Source of the DNA: an uncultured Candidatus Binatia bacterium
GTDB lineage: Bacteria; Desulfobacterota; Binatia; UBA9968; JAJDTQ01
Reading direction: 5' to 3'
Length of the DNA stretch: 64,000 nucleotides
Assembly: GCA_965242525.1 (NCBI GenBank)
Contig: OZ251459.1
Coordinates: forward strand, 3,680,001-3,744,000
The notes under the pieces are model-generated. The model was given only the letters and a program-made list of their open reading frames with translations, was not told the DNA's origin and did not search any database. Both the position numbers and the translations under genes were made by a program. Shown here piece by piece: positions 60,342 to 64,000 of this stretch (its first letter is position 1; the number at the start of each line of letters is the position of its first letter).

Positions 60342-61511
60342 GTGTCCGACTTCATCGAACGTAGTCTGGAAGAGATCCGAAGCCGCAACCTCTACCGGCA
60401 GTTGCAGGTGGTGGACGGCGAGCAAGGCCCCACCGTGCGCCTGGACGGGCGGGAGGTGTTGAATCTCTCCTCCAACAACTACCTGGGGTTGGCCGACCAT
60501 CCGGCTCTCAAGGCCGCGGGGAAGGACGCGCTGGACCGCTACGGCTGCGGTTCGGGCGCCTCCCGGCTGATCTCGGGCAACATGGCCCTGCACGAGGAGT
60601 TGGAGCGGCGCATCGCCAGGTTCAAGGGAACCGAGGCGGCGCTGCTGTTCAACAGCGGTTTCCAGGCCAACGCGGGCATCATCGGCGCCCTCGCGGGAAA
60701 GGGCGACGCGGTCTTCAGCGACCGGCTGAACCACGCCAGCATCATCGACGGGTGCCGGCTTTCGCGCGCCTCTGTGTCCATCTATGACCACTGCGACGTG
60801 GACCACATGGAGGACCAATTGAAGCGCGCTCCGGCCGCGGCCCGGAAGCTCGTGGTCACCGAGTCCGTCTTCAGCATGGACGGGGACGTGGCGCCCCTGG
60901 AGGAAATAGTAGAGATGGCCGAGCGCTACGACGCCCGGGTCATGGTGGACGAAGCCCACGCCACCGGGGTCCGTGGTCCCAACGGCGCGGGGGTGGTGGC
61001 GGAGTTGGGCCTCGGGGACAGGGTCCTGGTGCAGATGGGGACCCTGGGGAAGGCATTGGGCGTCTTCGGCGCGTACGCCGCGGGCAGCGCCAGGCTCAGG
61101 GAGTTGCTCATCAACCGCGCGCGCAGCTTCATCTTCACCACATCCCTCCCTCCGGTGGTGCTGGCCATGGCCGCGGCCTCGCTGGACCTGGCGGAGCGGG
61201 AACGGACCCGGCAGTGCGCGTTGCAGCGCAATACCGAGCAGTTGAGGGACGGCTTGCGGAGGCTCGGCTACCAGGTCCGCGGCAGCACCCAGATCATCCC
61301 CGTCATGGTGGGCGAGGAGCGGCGGTGCATGGAACTCGCGCGCGCCCTCCTGGACCGGGGGTTCTACGTGCAGGGCATACGTCCGCCCACCGTCCCGGAG
61401 GGCACGTCGAGACTGCGCGCCACCACCATGGCGACCCACACCCCCGCGCAACTCGACCGGGCCCTCGACGCGTTCGCGCGCGCCAGGGGCATGGGGTCCG
61501 GCGAGGGTTAG
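60342..61511 (+). CDS. bioF: 8-amino-7-oxononanoate synthase
   Basis: SSNNYLGL, GSGASRL, NHASIIDG, FSMDGD, DEAH, GTLGKA, IRPPTVP. Confidence 0.93.
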   Translation: MSDFIERSLEEIRSRNLYRQLQVVDGEQGPTVRLDGREVLNLSSNNYLGLADHPALKAAGKDALDRYGCGSGASRLISGNMALHEELERRIARFKGTEAALLFNSGFQANAGIIGALAGKGDAVFSDRLNHASIIDGCRLSRASVSIYDHCDVDHMEDQLKRAPAAARKLVVTESVFSMDGDVAPLEEIVEMAERYDARVMVDEAHATGVRGPNGAGVVAELGLGDRVLVQMGTLGKALGVFGAYAAGSARLRELLINRARSFIFTTSLPPVVLAMAAASLDLAERERTRQCALQRNTEQLRDGLRRLGYQVRGSTQIIPVMVGEERRCMELARALLDRGFYVQGIRPPTVPEGTSRLRATTMATHTPAQLDRALDAFARARGMGSGEG

Positions 61512-61618
61512 ACGGACCGCGGCGAGGCCGGGCGGCGGTGGTCCCGTGCGGCTGCGCCGGCCGACCGAAGGCAACGGAGGGCGCGGGCGGCGCCCCGGGA
61601 ACGGACACGGAACGGACC

Positions 61619-62980
61619 ATGAGCGATACCTACGAGCGCCTCAAGCGCATGGACCACACGCACCTGTGGCACCCCTTCACCCAGATGCAGGAGTGGATGG
61701 GGGAGGCCCCCTGCATCATCGCCGGGGGCGAAGGCAGCTACCTCGTGGACGTGGACGGCGTCCGTTACCTGGACGGGGTCTCCTCGCTCTGGTGCAACCT
61801 GTTCGGCCACCGGCGCCCGGAACTGGACGAGGCGCTCAAGGCCCAGACCGACCGCATCGCGCATTCCACCTTTCTCGGGCTCACGCACGCGCCGGGCATC
61901 GAGCTTGCAGCGAAGTTGACGGCCATCGCGCCCCCGGGCCTTGCGCGGGTGTTCTACTCGGACAGCGGCGCCACCGCGGTGGAGGTGGCCCTCAAGCTCG
62001 CCCTCCAGTACTGGCAACTCCGGGGAGAGACCCGCAAGGACCGGTTCGCCCGCCTGGAGGAGTCCTACCACGGCGACACCGCGGGAGCCATGAGCGTGGG
62101 CTACAGCGAGACCTTCCATCGGTTCCACCGCGCCATGCTGTTCCCGACCCTGACCGTGAAGCCTCCCTATGCGTACCGGAAGGAGCAGGGCCTGGGCGAG
62201 GCGGAGGCGCTGGAGCGGGCCGTGCAGGAAGCGCGCGCCGAGGTGCGCCGGGAAAGGGACCGCCTGGCGGCCTTCATCATGGAGCCGGTCATGCAGGGGG
62301 CGGCCGGCATGTGGCCGCAACCCGCGGGCTACGTGAAGGCGGTCCGGGACGTCTGCAAGGACAACGGCGTCCTGTTCATTGCCGACGAGGTGGCCACGGG
62401 CTTCGGCCATACCGGACGCCTGTTCGCGTGCGAGCACGACGGCGTGAGCCCGGACCTCATGTGCGTGGGCAAGGGCATTACCGGAGGCTACCTGCCGCTG
62501 GCCGCAACCCTTTCCACGGAAGAGGTCTTCTCGGCGTTCCTGGGCGAGTACGCGGAGTTCAAGAGCTTCTTCCACGGCCATACCTACACGGGCAACCCCC
62601 TCGGCTGCGCGGTGGCCCTGGCGGGGCTGGAGATCTTCGAGAAGGACTCGCTGATCGAGAAGCTGGGGACCAAGATCCGCTATCTCGAGGAGAGGCTGGC
62701 GCGGGACGTCCTCGGCCTCGCCCACGTGGGCGAAGTACGGCAGCGCGGGTTCATGGTGGGCATCGAGCTCGCCCGGGACAAGTCCAAGGGCGAACCCTAT
62801 GACCCGGGCGCGAGGATGGCCAACCGGGTGGTGGTCGAGGCGCGCCGACGCGGCGTCATCGTCCGTCCCCTGGGCGACACCCTCATCATGCTGCCGCCCC
62901 TCACCATCGGCGACCACGAGCTTGCGACGCTGGTGGACGTGGTGCGGGACTCCATCGACTGCGTGACGGGGGGTTCGTGA
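61619..62980 (+). CDS. bioA: Adenosylmethionine-8-amino-7-oxononanoate aminotransferase
   Basis: LWHPFTQM, SSLWCN, YHGDT, DEVATGFG, GKGITGG, HGHTYTGN. Confidence 0.95.
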   Translation: MSDTYERLKRMDHTHLWHPFTQMQEWMGEAPCIIAGGEGSYLVDVDGVRYLDGVSSLWCNLFGHRRPELDEALKAQTDRIAHSTFLGLTHAPGIELAAKLTAIAPPGLARVFYSDSGATAVEVALKLALQYWQLRGETRKDRFARLEESYHGDTAGAMSVGYSETFHRFHRAMLFPTLTVKPPYAYRKEQGLGEAEALERAVQEARAEVRRERDRLAAFIMEPVMQGAAGMWPQPAGYVKAVRDVCKDNGVLFIADEVATGFGHTGRLFACEHDGVSPDLMCVGKGITGGYLPLAATLSTEEVFSAFLGEYAEFKSFFHGHTYTGNPLGCAVALAGLEIFEKDSLIEKLGTKIRYLEERLARDVLGLAHVGEVRQRGFMVGIELARDKSKGEPYDPGARMANRVVVEARRRGVIVRPLGDTLIMLPPLTIGDHELATLVDVVRDSIDCVTGGS

Positions 62981-63699
62981 GCCGGGGCTTCTTCATCACC
63001 GGCACGGACACGGGCGTGGGCAAGACCGTGGTGGCGTGCGGCATGGCCGCGGCCTTCCGGGAATCGGGGTTCAAGGTCGGGGTGATGAAGCCGGCGGAGT
63101 CCGGCTGCAGGAACGAGGGGGGGCGGCTGGCGCCCCGGGACGCGGCCTTCCTCAAGGCCGCTTCGGGCAGCCAGGAGCCCATCGACCGGATCTGCCCCTA
63201 CCGCCTGGGGGTCCCCGCGGCCCCGAGCGTCGCCGCGGCCCGGGCCGGGGTCCAGATCCGCCCGGACTTCCTGGTGCGCCTGTGCCGCGACATGGGCGGC
63301 GCGTTCGACCTCATGCTGGTGGAGGGAGCGGGCGGCCTGCTGGTCCCCCTGGTCTCCACCTACACCTACGCAGACCTGGCCCGGGAGTTGGGCCTTGCGG
63401 TGGTGGTGGTGGTGGGCAACCGGCTCGGCGCGGTCAACCATGCCATCCTCACCCTGGAGCACGCGGCCTGCCTCGGCCTGAACGTTTCGGGCTACATCCT
63501 CAACGACGTGGAGAGCGAGAGCACTCCGGCCACCGACACCAACGCGCAGACCATCCGGGAGATGACCCGGACGCCGTGCCTGGGGCGGCTCCCGTTCCTT
63601 CGAGGTCAGACGGACGCCCGGGAGCCGGAGACGCGGCCGGACCTGGGCAGCCTGTTCAAGAGGCACACCGAGTTCCGCCACCTGGAAGAGATCATGTGA
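62977..63699 (+). CDS. bioD: Dethiobiotin synthase
   Basis: TGTDTGVGKT, KPAESG, EGAGG, LGAVNH. Confidence 0.95.
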   Translation: MSRGFFITGTDTGVGKTVVACGMAAAFRESGFKVGVMKPAESGCRNEGGRLAPRDAAFLKAASGSQEPIDRICPYRLGVPAAPSVAAARAGVQIRPDFLVRLCRDMGGAFDLMLVEGAGGLLVPLVSTYTYADLARELGLAVVVVVGNRLGAVNHAILTLEHAACLGLNVSGYILNDVESESTPATDTNAQTIREMTRTPCLGRLPFLRGQTDAREPETRPDLGSLFKRHTEFRHLEEIM

Positions 63700-63701
63700 G
63701 A

Positions 63702-64000
63702 TCAGGCGCGGTCCGCGAAGCACCGGGCCACCTCGTCGTAGAGGACCTTGAGGGGGACCCGCCTCGACTCGGCGACCTTCCGCAACTCGTCGTACTCCGG
63801 AGCGGCCCTCGCGCGCCCGTCGGGATCTTCGGCCACCTTTACAGTCAGGGTCCCGAAACGGGTCTCGAGCTTCAGGGGTTTCCGCGGCAGCACCATCCTG
63901 TCCACCATGTGGCAACGGACCCCGAGGGTCGAGGTCTCCCGGAGTACGACCTCCGCGAGGGCCTCCCGGAGGCGGGGCTCCGCCACCACGCGCAACAGGG
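63702..64000 (-). CDS. larC: C-terminal part of nickel-pincer cofactor biosynthesis protein LarC (truncated by the window edge)
   Basis: RETSTLGVR, ETRFGTLTVK, APEYDE...VPLK. Confidence 0.8.
   Translation of the reverse strand, partial: LLRVVAEPRLREALAEVVLRETSTLGVRCHMVDRMVLPRKPLKLETRFGTLTVKVAEDPDGRARAAPEYDELRKVAESRRVPLKVLYDEVARCFADRA

Overview
High-GC bacterial chromosomal segment, probably from a Gram-negative organism (DUF1302 outer-membrane protein). The many amidohydrolases and the F420 genes are reminiscent of Binatia/Deltaproteobacteria-like organisms, but this is inference. Housekeeping content: glmU-glmS, rlmE, tRNA-Leu(CAA), hisC, clpB, bioF-bioA-bioD, partial larC and an F420 cluster (cofG-cofH-cofD-cofC-cofE-npdG). 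Accessory content: a ~15 kb minus-strand catabolic cluster of unknown substrate (Opp/Dpp-type ABC transporter, two tandem alpha/beta hydrolases, cupin, VOC, acyl-CoA dehydrogenase-like enzyme, HisD/HpsN-like dehydrogenase, SDR, cyclase, 2-hydroxyacid dehydrogenase, M24 peptidase), a DUF1302-DUF1329-YCF48-RND module, an orphan BoxB-like diiron protein and a UbiD. Three small candidate defence or stress islets are present: HigB + HigA-ImmA/IrrE fusion + HTH-methyltransferase (apparent ATT start), VapBC + AAA ATPase, and a translationally coupled Schlafen/AlbA_2-domain gene + orphan ParA-like ATPase. Many intergenic spaces hold modular non-autonomous repeats: REP-like palindromic cores wrapped in two kinds of terminal inverted repeat, sometimes tandemly amplified and sometimes supplying host stop codons. 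Best candidates for undescribed systems: the Schlafen-ParA pair, the REP-in-MITE elements, the HigBA-ImmA/MTase islet and a proline-rich leader ORF before a CorC/HlyC gene. All calls come from motif recognition only; no searches were run.
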